Assembly: GCA_002269645.1 (NCBI GenBank)
Contig: NIVC01000218.1
Coordinates: 204,407-268,406 of the forward strand
Reading direction: 5' to 3'
DNA length: 64,000 bases
DNA from: Macrostomum lignano
Taxonomy: Eukaryota
Shown here: in pieces, positions 48,100 to 60,459 of the stretch
Position numbering within the stretch: position 1 is the first letter of the stretch
Layout of the letters: each line of letters opens with the position of its first letter
Notes under the pieces: generated by a model
What the model saw: only the letters and a program-made list of their open reading frames with translations
Database searches by the model: none
Told to the model about the DNA's origin: nothing
Program-made: the position numbers and the translations under genes

Positions 48100-48500
48100 C
48101 GAGGGTTTAGGATAGGGTTTAGGATAGGGTTTAGGATAGGGTTTAGGATAGGGTTTAGGATAGGGTTTAGGATAGGGTTTAGGATAGGGTTTAGGATAGG
48201 GTTTTGGATAGGGTTTAGGATAGGGTTTAGGATAGGGTTTAGGATAGGGTTTAGGATAGGGTTTAGGATAGGGTTTAGGATAGGGTTTAGGATAGGGTTT
48301 AGGATAAGGTTTAGGTTAGTTTAGAATAGGGTTTAGGATAGGGTTTAGGATAGGGTTTTGCATAGGGTTTAGGATAGGGTTTAGGATAGGGCGGATTTAG
48401 GATAGGGCTTAGGATTTAAGATAGGGTTTAGGATTTAGATTAGGTTTTAGTATTTAAGAAGATTTAGTATAGGAGGATAGGGTTTAGGATTTAGGATTGG
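48100..48500. repeat. Telomere-like 12-bp satellite (TAGGGTTTAGGA)n
   Basis: About 24 clean copies degrading 3'-ward. Confidence 0.95.
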
Positions 48501-49299
48501 GTTAGCTTCGGTAATAAGAGACTGAAGTTCTCAGACAGTTTGTAGCGAACAACGAAATAAAACATGAAAAAATGCGCAATCCTTTCAACTTTGGGTTCAT
48601 TCTTTTTATCCCATTTATCTTTATGAGAGACCAAAGGAAGGGATCTGGGTGGGATGTCTCGGCACTTCTTGCCAACTGTTTTGAAAAGTTATTGACTGCA
48701 GAAGTGACGTCTCGATGCCGTTGATTTATTTTAATTTTTGTGAATATTACCTTTCCCCTCGTACGAGCGTAACTTTTTACGAGCGTACGAGCGTAACAAA
48801 CCGGATTTTTTGTTTGATATTTTTATTTTATTATTTTCTGTTTAGTTTGCTCCATGCCTGCCGATGAGCCTGCTCCGCTGTACTATGCAGTCGTCACCTT
48901 TGCTTGCCGCAGTGACCCAAAGGTTTTAGGGCACAGAGATACGAATAGAAGAGCACATTATAGTTTGTACGGCTATCCTAGCAGCTAAAATGAGCATTAT
49001 TTTTTTCATTGAGTACGTTATCTACTGCAGCCAACTTCGGCAAATATTTTATTACGATAATACGTGCAATATCCTGTATATCTAAATAAATAAACTAAAT
49101 ATGTGTCATACACGGTGCACTTATCCTTAACTATAAAGTCGTCAAACGCACAGAAGTTAATTGCAGTTTCAGTTAGCGTTTCTAAAACAAATTCAACCGG
49201 CACCAAGGGCTTTAGCACCAGGGGCTTTAACACCAGAGGCGCCAGCACCAGGGGCGCCAGCACCAGGGGCGCCAGCACCATCCGGGGTGCCGGCGTCAG

Positions 49300-49640
49300 C
49301 CAGCAGGCAGTCAACGAGACGCCGAGTGCGGGCCGCGTCAACTTGTTGCTCCGTCAGCGTCCCAGGCCTCGGCGTTGTACAACAGAACGGTCTCGACCAC
49401 CGCCTGGAACAACGCCGCCCTCTGGCGGTCAGGTTGGGCCTCGGACTGCAGGACCGCCCTCTCAGAACGAAAGGCAGCCCAGACAAGACCGCGGCGACGC
49501 CGAAAATCTTCAACAGATGGCGCCAGGTGACTATGGACACCCTGTTGCGAATTCCTCTAGTTTCGCTGATTAAGACTGGACAGTGGGCAAGCCTCAACTG
49601 CTGGACATCCTCAGCTAGTCTCTCAAGCATTCAGTCAATC
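49300..49640 (-). mobile_element. Fragment of a LINE (RTE-like) reverse-transcriptase C-terminal region
   Basis: Minus-strand frame DFRRRRGLVWAAFRSERAVLQSEAQPDRQRAALFQAVVETVLLYNAEAW, then after a frameshift TLTEQQVDAA; matches the ..VE.VLLY..E.WTLT motif downstream of non-LTR RT domains. Confidence 0.75.
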
Positions 49641-49952
49641 ACCCTGAACTGCGGAGTCACAGTAGAGAGAGAAACGGGGGTTAGAGAAGGCGATCGATAA
49701 TTTTATTGCACCCGCACACCACCGTCCTTGTTGAACTGTATTTTTTGTTTTGTATATTTACGTTTGAAAATTCTGAATAGCTCATATTTCACTACAGCTG
49801 TATAAAGTTGCTTGTATTAATAGCTGTTTGTTATGTAAAAAAGCAACAGTGTTTCATAAAGCTGAATAATTGTTCTATAATACCAACAACAGCAAAACAC
49901 ATGAGTCCAATAAACGTTCAGTGTAGTTTTGATTGCTCATTTTGCGTCACAT

Positions 49953-50717
49953 TCAGTGCTTGTGATCCGAGTGATGGTGCCCCTGGTGACCAGGCTCGTG
50001 CTGATGATGATGGCGGTGACCGCCCTCGCCGTGCTGATGATGATGATGCTGCTTCCCAGCCTCCGACTGACAGCAGTCGTTTTTCTGGCAGCAATCGCCG
50101 GAGTTGCAATCGCTAGGCGGGCATTTGCACTTTTCGCCGCACAATTCGGCCGAATGCTTCTGCTGAGTGTCGCCGCATGGCTTGCAGGATTTGTGGTCGG
50201 CTTTGCGTGTCGATCGGTGGCGCGGTGGATGGGGCGAAGGCTATGTAGATTCGTTCATTCGCTGCGATGTACATTTCTGTAGCCTTCTAACCCTGCCTAG
50301 CCTGCGTATATTTCTCCAACACTCTAACCCAGCCTAGCTTGCGTACATTTATCTAGCCCTCTAACCCTGCCTAGCCTGCGTACATTTCTCCAACCCTCTA
50401 ACCCAGCCTAGCCTGCGTACATTTCTCCAACCCTCTAACCCAGCCTAGCCTGCGTACATTTCTCCAACCCTCTAAGCCAGCCTAGCCTACGTGCATTTAT
50501 CTAACTCTGTTTAGACTACGTACAATTTTAAGTACAGTAATTCTAACGTATGTAAACTAGAGTGAACTTTCTAGTTTGTGTACATTCTGCTAGAGACTGC
50601 CTAATATCAGTACATTTATATCGACTCTTAACTAATACGTACACTGTTGACATCAAATACGGCTGAACAAATGCTATTCAAAATCGAAACAAGAGTGGAT
50701 AAATATTACTTACACAT
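49953..50717 (-). CDS. Small Cys/His-rich metallothionein-like protein (83 aa); exon 1 ATGT 50717-50714, exon 2 50200-49953
   Basis: Model MSDHKSCKPCGDTQQKHSAELCGEKCKCPPSDCNSGDCCQKNDCCQSEAGKQHHHHQHGEGGHRHHHQHEPGHQGHHHSDHKH; 10 Cys, 18 His, no aromatic residues; GTAAGT donor right after ATGT; phase-1 AAG acceptor; AATAAA at 49707-49702. The exon-2 frame is well supported; the start model is inferred. Confidence 0.7.
50282..50520. repeat. 37-bp minisatellite (CCCTCTAACCCAGCCTAGCCTGCGTACATTTCTCCAA)n
   Basis: About 6 copies in the predicted intron of the MT-like gene. Confidence 0.9.
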
Positions 50718-51258
50718 CCTCACGGAGACTTGTTGAAACAATAATAGATAGCCAGAAAATTTGAATTCGAGAGCTCGAGAATGCGATCTTATAGACGCAT
50801 GGCAGTCGTCTTCTGATATCCTCGATCGCTTTTATAGACTAGGGTCTTGAATTTTAATTGGTCAAAACACGCCATGGAAGATTTCCCAATTTTGGGTTTT
50901 AGAAAACAGTGCTCATTCGTCGCTCCCATATTCGTATAAGTCCAGTGAGCACTTGCTTCCCATCTATATGCTCCACCATGCATCTGGGAGGAATGGAGTT
51001 GAGCTGAAACAGAGGGCGCATTCGAAAAATTCAGCCAAAAACCAACCGAAGAGAAGTCCCGAGAGTGAGGGATCCCAGTTTTGTGAAGCGCATTTAGCAG
51101 CTAAATCATCCACATGCATAGCTCGCAGAGGCAGCCCGATATGGGCGATGCATGATATTGCGAATGCGCTGCTTTTTATCTCAACACACAGTTGGACAAC
51201 CACCACATTAAGTATGCATTCACTCCTGACCTTAGATTGTATGATGTCTATCTATCTA

Positions 51259-52227
51259 CTTCGGGTGTGTCATAAGTAATGTCACTGCAGGCCTCTGTCT
51301 AAAATATGTAGGCACATGGACTTGTGGGTAGTGTAGCTGCAAAGTATACTTAGTGAAGCAATAGCAGTGCATTTGAGACGTGCATAGGTTGTTTATGGCC
51401 CAAGCTATCGCAAGAATACGCCAAGCAGATTTAGCAAGTGCAACGCGATGAAAAATCATCTATGCAGTGAACAAAAATCACCATGAATCTCGACATGACG
51501 CCTGCACCAAGCAGATCCGCAAGGTGTTTAGCAGCCGGGGCTTGAATGACATCCTAAACTGCCTGGTTGCTGAGGATGAAAGCTGGCTCCACCTGGATGG
51601 CAAGGGCAGCAAGGCAGATAATCGCTGCTGGTTGGGAGCTGGGGACTTCAGGCCGATGGTGACTAGGAAGTCCATCTCGGACAAGAAGACCATGCTGCTG
51701 GTAGCCTTCACGCCAAACAAACGAGTCTCCATCTGCACAACTCCACCGAACATCAAGGTCGATGGCCAGTATTTTATCGACTTTTTCCGGCACACTGGGG
51801 ACCTCTGGTGCACTCTCCGGTCAAATCCATGTCACCTGGACGAGGTTCTGTGGCAGATGGACACCGCACGGCTGCACACCTGAAGGCTGTTTCGAATTTT
51901 CTGCCTGCACGGCGAGTGAATCTGCTCTGACAGTCCCTACAGCCCGGACTTCAACTTTTGCAAGAGATTCCTGTTCAAATGGCTGAAGGCTGACTTTTCC
52001 AAGAAGAGTTTCGCAAACCATGAAGAGGTAAAACAGGCTGCGTTGCACTGGTTATGGCAGTTGGAGGAAAAACACCTGCAGGCTGAGGTGGACAAGCTGT
52101 ATGAGCATTGCCAGAGGGTGATTGATATTGGGGGACTCTATGTTGTTGAGTGGTACAGTTTTGTTCATCTGCGATTGCAAGTTCGTCTGTTTTCACATCA
52201 GTGACATTACTTATGACACACCCGAAG
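51259..52227 (+). mobile_element. Internally deleted mariner-like DNA transposon (969 bp)
   Basis: Perfect 29-bp TIR CTTCGGGTGTGTCATAAGTAATGTCACTG; TA TSD on both sides; transposase remnants AEDESW, QMDTARLH, PYSPDF..., HCQRVIDIGGLYV; frameshifts; third catalytic Asp position reads Lys. Confidence 0.93.
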
Positions 52228-52314
<87 letters not shown>

Positions 52315-52365
52315 TTATCTATCTATCCATCTATCTATCTATCTATCTACCAACATCTATCTATC
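52228..52365. repeat. (TATC)n microsatellite
   Basis: Direct inspection; a short TATC run also flanks the left TIR. Confidence 0.97.
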
Positions 52366-52779
52366 TAGTGTATGGAAATACATCGAAATGTATATAAAAA
52401 TCTAAAAAGTCTGCTCACACTGAACTCAGAAGAATTCGAAGTCACACTCTCCCACTCTACAATTCGATGCGATAGACGCCCCGGCCTCTCAAAAATCCCA
52501 AGTGGATCGAGTACGATTCGAAAACAGAAGCCGAAAGTTTATTAGGCAGGATAATTAAGCCGAAAGTTCTAGTCCCATTGTGCAGCCGTTCTGCTGGATC
52601 CAGAGGAAAAAATGGACGAAGTACAATTCGTACTACGTACATGTAAAAGTTTTCTCAATTTATATGCAAAACTGCATGACAACCTTACAAATGAAATTTT
52701 TTGACACATGCGTAAATAAAAAAATCTATTGGGAAATCAATCATGTTGGCCTTGTCATCAGACAGAAGTCTACGCTTGT

Positions 52780-53372
52780 ATGACTCAATGTGCCAAGCAG
52801 ACAGATAAACAACTCTAGCTCACGGATAGTCTATGACTCAATCTGCCAAGCAGACAGATAAACAACTCTAGCTCACGGATAGTCTATGACTCAATCTACC
52901 AAGCAAACAGATGAACAACTCTAGCTCACGGATAGTCTATGACTCAATCTGCCAAGCAAACAGATGAACAACTCTAGCTCACGGATAGTCTATGACTCAA
53001 TCTGCCAAGCAGACAGATAAACAACTCTAGCTCACGGATAGTCTATGACTCAATCTGCCAAGCAGACAGATAAACAACTCTAGCTCACGGATAGTCTATG
53101 ACTCAATCTGCCAAGCAGACAGATGAACAACTCTAGCTCACGGATAGTCTATGACTCAATCTGCCAAGCAGACAGATGAACAACTCTAGCTCACGGATAG
53201 TCTATGACTCAATCTGCCAAGCAGACAGATAAACAACTCTAGCTCACGGATAGTCTATGACTCAATCTGCCAAGCAGACAGATAAACAACTCTAGCTCAC
53301 GGATAGTTTATGACTCAATCTGCCAAGCAGACAGATGAACAACTCTAGCTCACGGATAGTCTATGACTCAAT
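52780..53372. repeat. 53-bp minisatellite (GACTCAATCTGCCAAGCAGACAGATAAACAACTCTAGCTCACGGATAGTCTAT)n
   Basis: About 11 contiguous copies. Confidence 0.95.
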
Positions 53373-54190
53373 TTAATAACTATGAAAACTTTTAAATAAA
53401 AAATGAAAGCAGAACTTCTGCACCATAGCCAGTTGCTTTTTACTACAAATAGCGTCAAGAGTGCTGTGTAGGGCTAAGCTCATAAATCTCAGCCAACTCA
53501 AATATAAATTTATTGCGTCAAAATTGGGCCTTAGCACAAGTGAAAAGTCAAAGCAGCGTATTAATAGATACAATAGGTATTAAGCAAATGTTTAAACTAT
53601 ACATGTGAACTAGGCAGCTAGGACATCAGACTACATGAAATACAACAAAATAAATAAATATATCGCATATTTATATACACAAATAACAAAACAATTTACA
53701 AATTTAATTTGAGCCATTTTAACTTTTTAGTATAGGGAACGCAGTTTCACTAGGAATTCCGTTTTAAAGAAGAGGACAAAAATGAGAAACGTTGAACTAC
53801 ATACACTACTACGAGTAATTCGATAAATATAGATTGATAATTTAAACACTATTGTTTCTCTTAGAGATTCGAGCCATTTAAACTTAGAATAAAAATCATA
53901 ATTTGTAGGCAAGAGAAATAAAAAACCAAGACTTAAAAATTAAAAAAAAATGTTGTGGAGCTAACTTTATATACGAGTATAAAAAGCTACTTAAAGTAGA
54001 GCAAAGAGATAGTTGTCTCCGTAAATTGGTATATTGCGTTAAAAATAAAACACTGATTTCTAAGCTAAAGACTAGCAAGTAAAATGACCTAGATCTAGCG
54101 TTATAAGATCGATGCTTGCTACTCAATAAAAAAGTAGTATGAAAAGAATGTTACTGTATCATCCAGAACGAGTAAAAATGAGACTTTTTA

Positions 54191-57100
54191 CTACTTAGGC
54201 CGCTGACTGTACTTGTGCCGTATGGTTGTCTCGAGTTCAGCCAGTTGCTGTTCGTCGAGGGCCTCATTGAAGTTGTCGATGCTAGCTAGGATCTCCGGGT
54301 TGCTTTGGAATTCGTAGTACCTGGTTTGTTGGTCACAGGTAGTTGGTTAAGTTCGCGAGTTCGTGCATAATATAAAGATATACAGATCCAAAAATGGCGG
54401 GTAACCTTGGAGCTAAATGGTTGAACACTGAACAGATTGATCTGCCATTCAGGCGGTCCCAAGTTCGAATCCCAGAAGAGGCGAAATACAATAATTATGG
54501 GGCAGATTGTTATTTATGAGAGTTATTTATAGCTACGGGACGAGATTTAGCCCAGTGGTGTAACGAGCGATTCTGTTAACCGGTAGGTCGCACGTTGGAA
54601 TCCCGGTACAGGCAAAACAATTTTCTAGATTATTTACTACGACATGACAAACATCTCTAATCTCTAATCATAATCTCTAATTTCGACGGTCACGGGTTCG
54701 AATCCTAACAGCAGCCAAAGTAATTTCTAGGCACATACTGTTAAAATCACTTACATAGAATTGGCCGAGTAGCGCTTGAATTTGATGCAAAAGTCCAAGC
54801 AGTTATAGGACATCCAGTACTTCCAATAGTTGATCACTGGCCCAACAGCCCGTGCCCGCTCCACCGGATAACTGGCCGGCAATTGTCGGATTTCGTCGTT
54901 GCCAATGACGCCCTCGTGAATTCTGGTCAGATATTTCAGCACCTCGCCAACGTGAGGCACCAGCGGCGGCTCCGTAGTGCTCATATTGCGAAAGTATTCC
55001 CGCGCAAATGCGGACTGGTTGGCCAGCTTGCTAGTGAAGTCCTTCAGCTTGCGGCGAACTGAGCGGCCTGCGGTTGAGTGGGGTGTACTTTTATTTATTG
55101 CAAATTGCTACTACTGACACATCACTCATGAATAGTATCTCACCAGGCCACGGCAGGCGATCCAGGCTAACCAGACACAGCACAATAGCCAGGTGAGAAT
55201 TGAAATTGTGATGCCGCCGCAGCTCCTCGGCCACTTTGCAGAAGAAGCTCATGAAGCGCTGCCGGTCGCGCATTCGATCGGCTGGCCGGCCCAGCACCAG
55301 CGTCTTCGCCCAGAAGCCGAGGCGATTGAAAAAGTTTATAAACGCCTGCAGATTAACAAACTGTTCCCCGGATCTGGCGCGCACGAAGGCCAGGTACTCC
55401 TGGGGGATCGGGGATTACAGAGGGGATTAACACTATATCGTGGGGATTAACACACTGTATCCTGAGGGATTAGCACACTGTATTCTGGGGATTAACACTG
55501 TATCCTGGGGATTAACTCACTGTATTCTGGGGATTAACACACTGGAATCTGGGGACTAACACACTGTATTCTGGGGATTAACACACTGTATTCTGGGGAT
55601 TAACTCACTGTATTCTGGGGATTAACTCACTGTATTCTGGGGATTAACACACTGTATCGTGAGGGATTAGCACACTGTATTCTGGGGATTAACACACTGT
55701 ATTCTGGGGATTAACACTGTATCCTGGGGATTAACACATTGTATGCAGGGAATTAACACACTGTATCGTGAGGGATTAGCTCACATTGTGAGGGATTAAG
55801 GTGTGAGGGATTAACACACTGTGATCTGGGGGATTACCGCACTGTATTGTAGGGATTAAAACTACATTTATGGGATTAAGGCACTATAAACCGTAGGTTT
55901 AACACACCTGGACTCTACTCTTGGGAGTAGAGCAATCTCACCTGAATATCGATTCTCCTATACAACCTGGCATCCATCAAGGTGATTTGCTCGGCCACCT
56001 GTCTGGGACTGAATTCCACTATGTTGCGTCGTTTTATCGACAAGGAGGTCGACAACGACAGAGTGGATTTTGCTTTTTCGCTCTCTTCTTCGTCTCGCTG
56101 CTGCTGCTGCTGAATGCGAAGGCAGTGCAGAGCGCTGCCAAGGATCTGCACTTCGGCCAGGTTACCGTCCGCTAGGAGACGCTCTTTGAGTTTAGCCAGC
56201 TGCTCCATCAATGGCGAGCAGGAGGCTGAGTCGGAGCCGGTGCTGGATGAGTTCAATCGATTCTCCCGGTCCTGCTGGGTCGACTCGTCCAACACGCGGA
56301 TTAGGAAAGCAAAAGCCGACTTCCACAGGGTGTCCTTGTTGGCCTGGGTCTGGGGTTTAATATTATTAGAGCGTTATAACTGGATTGCTAATCTAGTCAA
56401 TATTACACTGATTCAGGAATAGAATGGATTGCTAATCTAGCCAATACACACACTGATGCAGGAATATAATGGATTGCTAATCTAGCCAATATCACACTGA
56501 TTCAGGAATAGAATGGATTGCTAATCTAGCCAATATCACACTGATTCAGGAATAGAATGGATTGCTAATCTAGCCAATATCACACTGATTCAGGAATATA
56601 ATGGATTGCTAACCTAGCCAATACACACACTGATGCAGAAATAGAATGGATTGCTAATCTAGCCAATATCACACTGATTCAGGAATAGAATGGATTGCTA
56701 ATCTAGCCAATACACACTGATGCAGGAATATAATGGATTGCTAATCTAGCCAATATCACACTGATTCAGGAATAGAATGGATTGCTAATCTAGCCAATAT
56801 CACACTGATTCAGGAATAGAATGGATTGCTAATCTAGCCAATATCACACTGATTCAGGAATATAATGGATTACTAACCTAGCCAATATCACACTGATTCA
56901 GGAATATAATGGATTGCTAATCTAGCCGATATCACACTGATTCAGGAATAGAATGGATTGCTAATCTATCCAATATCACACTGATTCAGGAATAGAATGG
57001 ATTGCTAATCTAGCCAATATTACACTGATGCAGGAATATAATGGATTGCTAATCTAGCCAATACACACTGATGCAGAAATAGAATGGATTGCTAATCTAT

Positions 57101-57839
57101 CCAATATCACACTGATTCAGGAATAGAATGGATTGCTAATCTAGCCAATATTACACTGATGCAGGAATAGAATGGATTGCTAATCTATTGAAACTCACCT
57201 TAAAGTGCAGGCACCGTTCCACAATCTTGGCCAGCAGCTCGGCAGGCTTAGCAAAGCAGGGGAAAGTGGCGGCGAAACTCTCGCAGAACAGAATATGGGG
57301 CCGGTCGTTGCCAGGCAGACAGGCATAGACTAGCAACGCGTCCAATGGTCCGCCTCGAACTAGAATGCAATCGTCTCCAGACGTACTACTATTAGTAGCA
57401 TTAGCGGTACTGTTGGCATTGTCCCAGACTAGCAAATCGCTGAGATCTTCCTGGCAATGAGGCGGCAGCTGCGCAGCGGTGGCGGCAGCGACCGATTCAT
57501 TTGATGAAGCAGCCGGCTGCTGAGCGGCTTGTTGCTGAGGCTGCCTAACAGTCCTGCTGACTGTGGCGCTGCGCTGTACATACAGACCCGGCTGCAGTTC
57601 GCGCTGTTCAGACACTAGGCAGACGGTCTTGGTTCGCTCACCGTTAACCAACGGCGCGTCGGCTTCGGGATCGTCTGGCTCGGCTGCCGACAGCAGCTGA
57701 CGCCACCTGGCTCGGCACAGATCAAAGGATTCAATGGCCGAATGCCGGCTGAAGTCGATTGTCATCAGGTCGTCGCGATCAAAGCTGCCGCCGCTGCTTC
57801 TGCCGCTACTGTCGCCGAGTGCTTGCATGTACTGGGTAA
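54191..57839 (-). CDS. RAPGEF1: RasGEF (REM + CDC25 domains), RAPGEF1/C3G-like; exons 57839/57828-57199, 56343-55942, 55399-55144, 55067-54755, 54320-54191; may be 5'-incomplete
   Basis: Phase-consistent junctions (0,0,1,2); VRGGPLDALLVYA..FCESFAATF..F.KP.EL, KSAFAFLIRVLDE, QVAEQITLMDA, FFNRLGFW, HNFNSHLAI, RLPW, EPPLVPHVG, INYWK, NFNEALDE parallel the C3G REM/CDC25 sequence; TAG at 54193-54191. Confidence 0.8.
54401..54716 (+). pseudogene. Three tandem tRNA-derived / SINE-head remnants (54401-54483, 54540-54613, 54680-54716); middle one tRNA-Asn(GTT)-like
   Basis: B-boxes AGTTCGAATCC, CGTTGGAATCC, GGTTCGAATCC; A-boxes TGGAGCTAAATGG and TAGCCCAGTGG; CTGTTAACCG anticodon arm as in tRNA-Asn; no intact cloverleaf. 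Confidence 0.6.
55420..55880. repeat. About 22-bp minisatellite (GGGGATTAACACACTGTATTCT)n, intronic
   Basis: Direct inspection. Confidence 0.93.
56375..57188. repeat. 44-bp minisatellite (GGATTGCTAATCTAGCCAATATCACACTGATTCAGGAATAGAAT)n, intronic
   Basis: About 18 copies. Confidence 0.95.
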
Positions 57840-57904
57840 CTGCGGTGTGGGTTTACGGGAGGGGACTTGTGCTGTAGAACTCAACAATTGTTTGGTACCT
57901 AGTA

Positions 57905-59060
57905 GTTTCCTGTCCAGATTTCAAGTTTCGAGCTTCCTTGTTGAGCGAGCTTAGGTTTCTCCATCCAGATTTTAAGTTTAGAGCTTCATTGTTGAGCGAG
58001 CTTAGAAGGTTCCTCCATCCAGATTTTAAGTTTAGAGCTCCATGGTTGGGCGAGCTACAAGTTTCCTCCATCCAGATTTCATATTTAGAGATTCATTGTT
58101 AAGCGAGCTAGGTTCCTCTATCTATATTTCAAGTTTAGAGCTCCATGGTTGGGCGAGCTAGAAGGTTCCTCTATCCAGATTTCATGTTTAGAGATTCATG
58201 GTTAAGCGAGCTACAAGTTTCCTCTATCCAGATTTCATGTTTAGAGATTCATGGTTAAGCGAGCTACAAGTTTCCTCTATCCAGATTTCATGTTTAGAGA
58301 TTCATGGTTAAGCGAGCTACAAGTTTCCTCTATCCAGATTTCATGCTTAGAGATTCATGGTTAAGCGAGCTACAAGTTTCCTCTATCCAGATTTCATGTT
58401 TAGAGATTCATGGTTAAGCGAGCTACAAGTTTCCTCTATCCAGATTTTATGTTTAGAGATTCATGGTTAAGCGAGCTACAAGTTTCCTCTATCCAGATTT
58501 CATGTTTAGAGATTCATGGTTAAGCGAGCTACAAGTTTCCTCTATCCAGATTTCATGTTTAGAGATTCATGGTTAAGCGAGCTACAAGTTTCCTCTATCC
58601 AGATTTCATGTTTAGAGATTCATGGTTAAGCGAGCTACAAGTTTCCTCTATCCAGATTTCATGTTTAGAGATTCATGGTTAAGCGAGCTACAAGTTTCCT
58701 CTATCCAGATTTCATGTTTAGAGATTCATGGTTAAGCGAGCTACAAGTTTCCTCTATCCAGATTTCATGTTTAGAGATTCATGGTTAAGCGAGCTACAAG
58801 TTTCCTCTATCCAGATTTCATGTTTAGAGATTCATGGTTAAGCGAGCTACAAGTTTCCTCTATCCAGATTTCATGCTTAGAGATTCATGGTTAAGCGAGC
58901 TACAAGTTTCCTCTATCCAGATTTCATGTTTGAGATTCATGGTTAAGCGAGCTACAAGTTTCCTCTATCCAGATTTCATGTTTAGAGATTCATGGTTAAG
59001 CGAGCTACAAGTTTCCTCTATCCAGATTTCATGTTTAGAGATCCATGGTTGAGCGAGGAA
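57905..59060. repeat. 53-bp minisatellite (TCCAGATTTCATGTTTAGAGATTCATGGTTAAGCGAGCTACAAGTTTCCTCTA)n
   Basis: About 21 copies, homogeneous in the centre and diverged at the edges. Confidence 0.96.
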
Positions 59061-60459
59061 GAAGTTTCCGAGCTTTACGAGTAACAATTTAAAACTCTAG
59101 AATGCCTTCAATCCGCTTCAATGGTTTATTCAGGCTGTTCAAGCATGAATCCCTGTAGGCAGTTACTAGCTAAGCAAATTTATAGCTAAAACCAGTTTGC
59201 GCAAGTTCCAGCAGCTTCCAGCATGCTAATGCCAGTACAGTACACTGTGCTTATACGGAATTGAAATTGCAATGTTTAATTATAATAGCAATAAATTATC
59301 CCGATAGCTACTAAAGTGCAAATAGTCACAAGCACTAAAATTCTGGATACGATAAAAACGCGACATTGCGACTTTACACATAGATTGGGAGATGTTAGGC
59401 CTAGTATTGAGTCAACGAACGACCAACCAAACCCAGTTAGAAATTAGGTAGGCACAAGGATACACCATAGTCACAGGACTTACAGAAGGTAGAGATGGCG
59501 AAGGGGTAAAAAGGGAAAATGGAGAGTAGATAGGGAAATGAGAGGGAGAGAAGGGGAGAGACTACTACTAAGGGGATTAACAATTCGAAAAACGAGTTTT
59601 TATAATGCTTTTAATGGGGCGATCATTGATTTCTATGAAGATTGCATCATAACTGCAGCATATGAGCAGAAAGGAGATGTGCAAATAAACAATCAGGGCA
59701 ACCCACTACACACAATCAAGAGAAGCAAATTGGCTTTAGCAGTAACCAGATGATAACACAGTTAACAGGGCTTAGCAGATAGGAAAGAGACACAGACTTA
59801 TACAAGACTAAACCCAATTAGTGTACCTGCAGTGCCCAAAGTCGCACGGGCGGACTATATAGGAAAAGCTATCGGATAGTTCGTAAAATGAAGTTAACTG
59901 TCTGTGTCCAACGACAAGAACACTCTTCGTATAACACAGGCTCAAAATGATTTTATACACATAGGAGAACCCTGCGCAGTTCAGACACGCGATAATACGA
60001 GCAGAAAAGCTTTAGAGTGCGTGCCTTTGCATGTCTATTGCATGTTCGCTTATTAGATGGACTCAGCGACTTCCTGTCACCCCGGTAAGGAAAAACTGCG
60101 ACAAGCGACATCCGGCGTCCACAAAAATGACGACAATTTTCTTTTATCAAAAAAGACCCAAATTTGAACTTTTTTAGTAGATTCTTTTGCGGCTCTTTCA
60201 GACGTTTCAGTTCGAGTCTGGAGACTCAATTGATTTGAAGAGATTATTGAAAAAAGATAATAAAGCTTAATTAGCAGTGCACGCAGGACAACTCGAGCAC
60301 TTTCGGCGCTTTTCTGATCCAGAATTTTGGTACTTTTAAGCTCATTTTTTGCACTGGTGTTCTTAAATGCCTGCCTTTGCCGCTCATTGACTTTTTAGCA
60401 ATCAAATATTCCGTTTTAAAATATTTCATACGAATGGTTGTTTTGGATTTCGGAATTCT

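Noticed and set aside
49193-49707. Operon-like second cistron after the MT-like poly(A) signal (acceptor at 49648, 145-aa ORF)
   Set aside because: The sequence is a frameshifted LINE RT fragment; the ORF mixes frames of it.
49900-49955. Selenocysteine read-through of the MT-like TGA (SelP-like)
   Set aside because: No SECIS-like AUGA..AA..GA stem seen in the 3' UTR; downstream frame not Cys/Sec-rich.
50789-51279. Short ORFs between MT-like exon 1 and the mariner
   Set aside because: No recognisable domain and no phase-compatible splice to the Cys/His exon.
54540-54613. Functional tRNA-Asn gene
   Set aside because: Acceptor stem does not pair and the B-box is mutated (GTTGGAATCC); treated as a pseudogene or SINE head.
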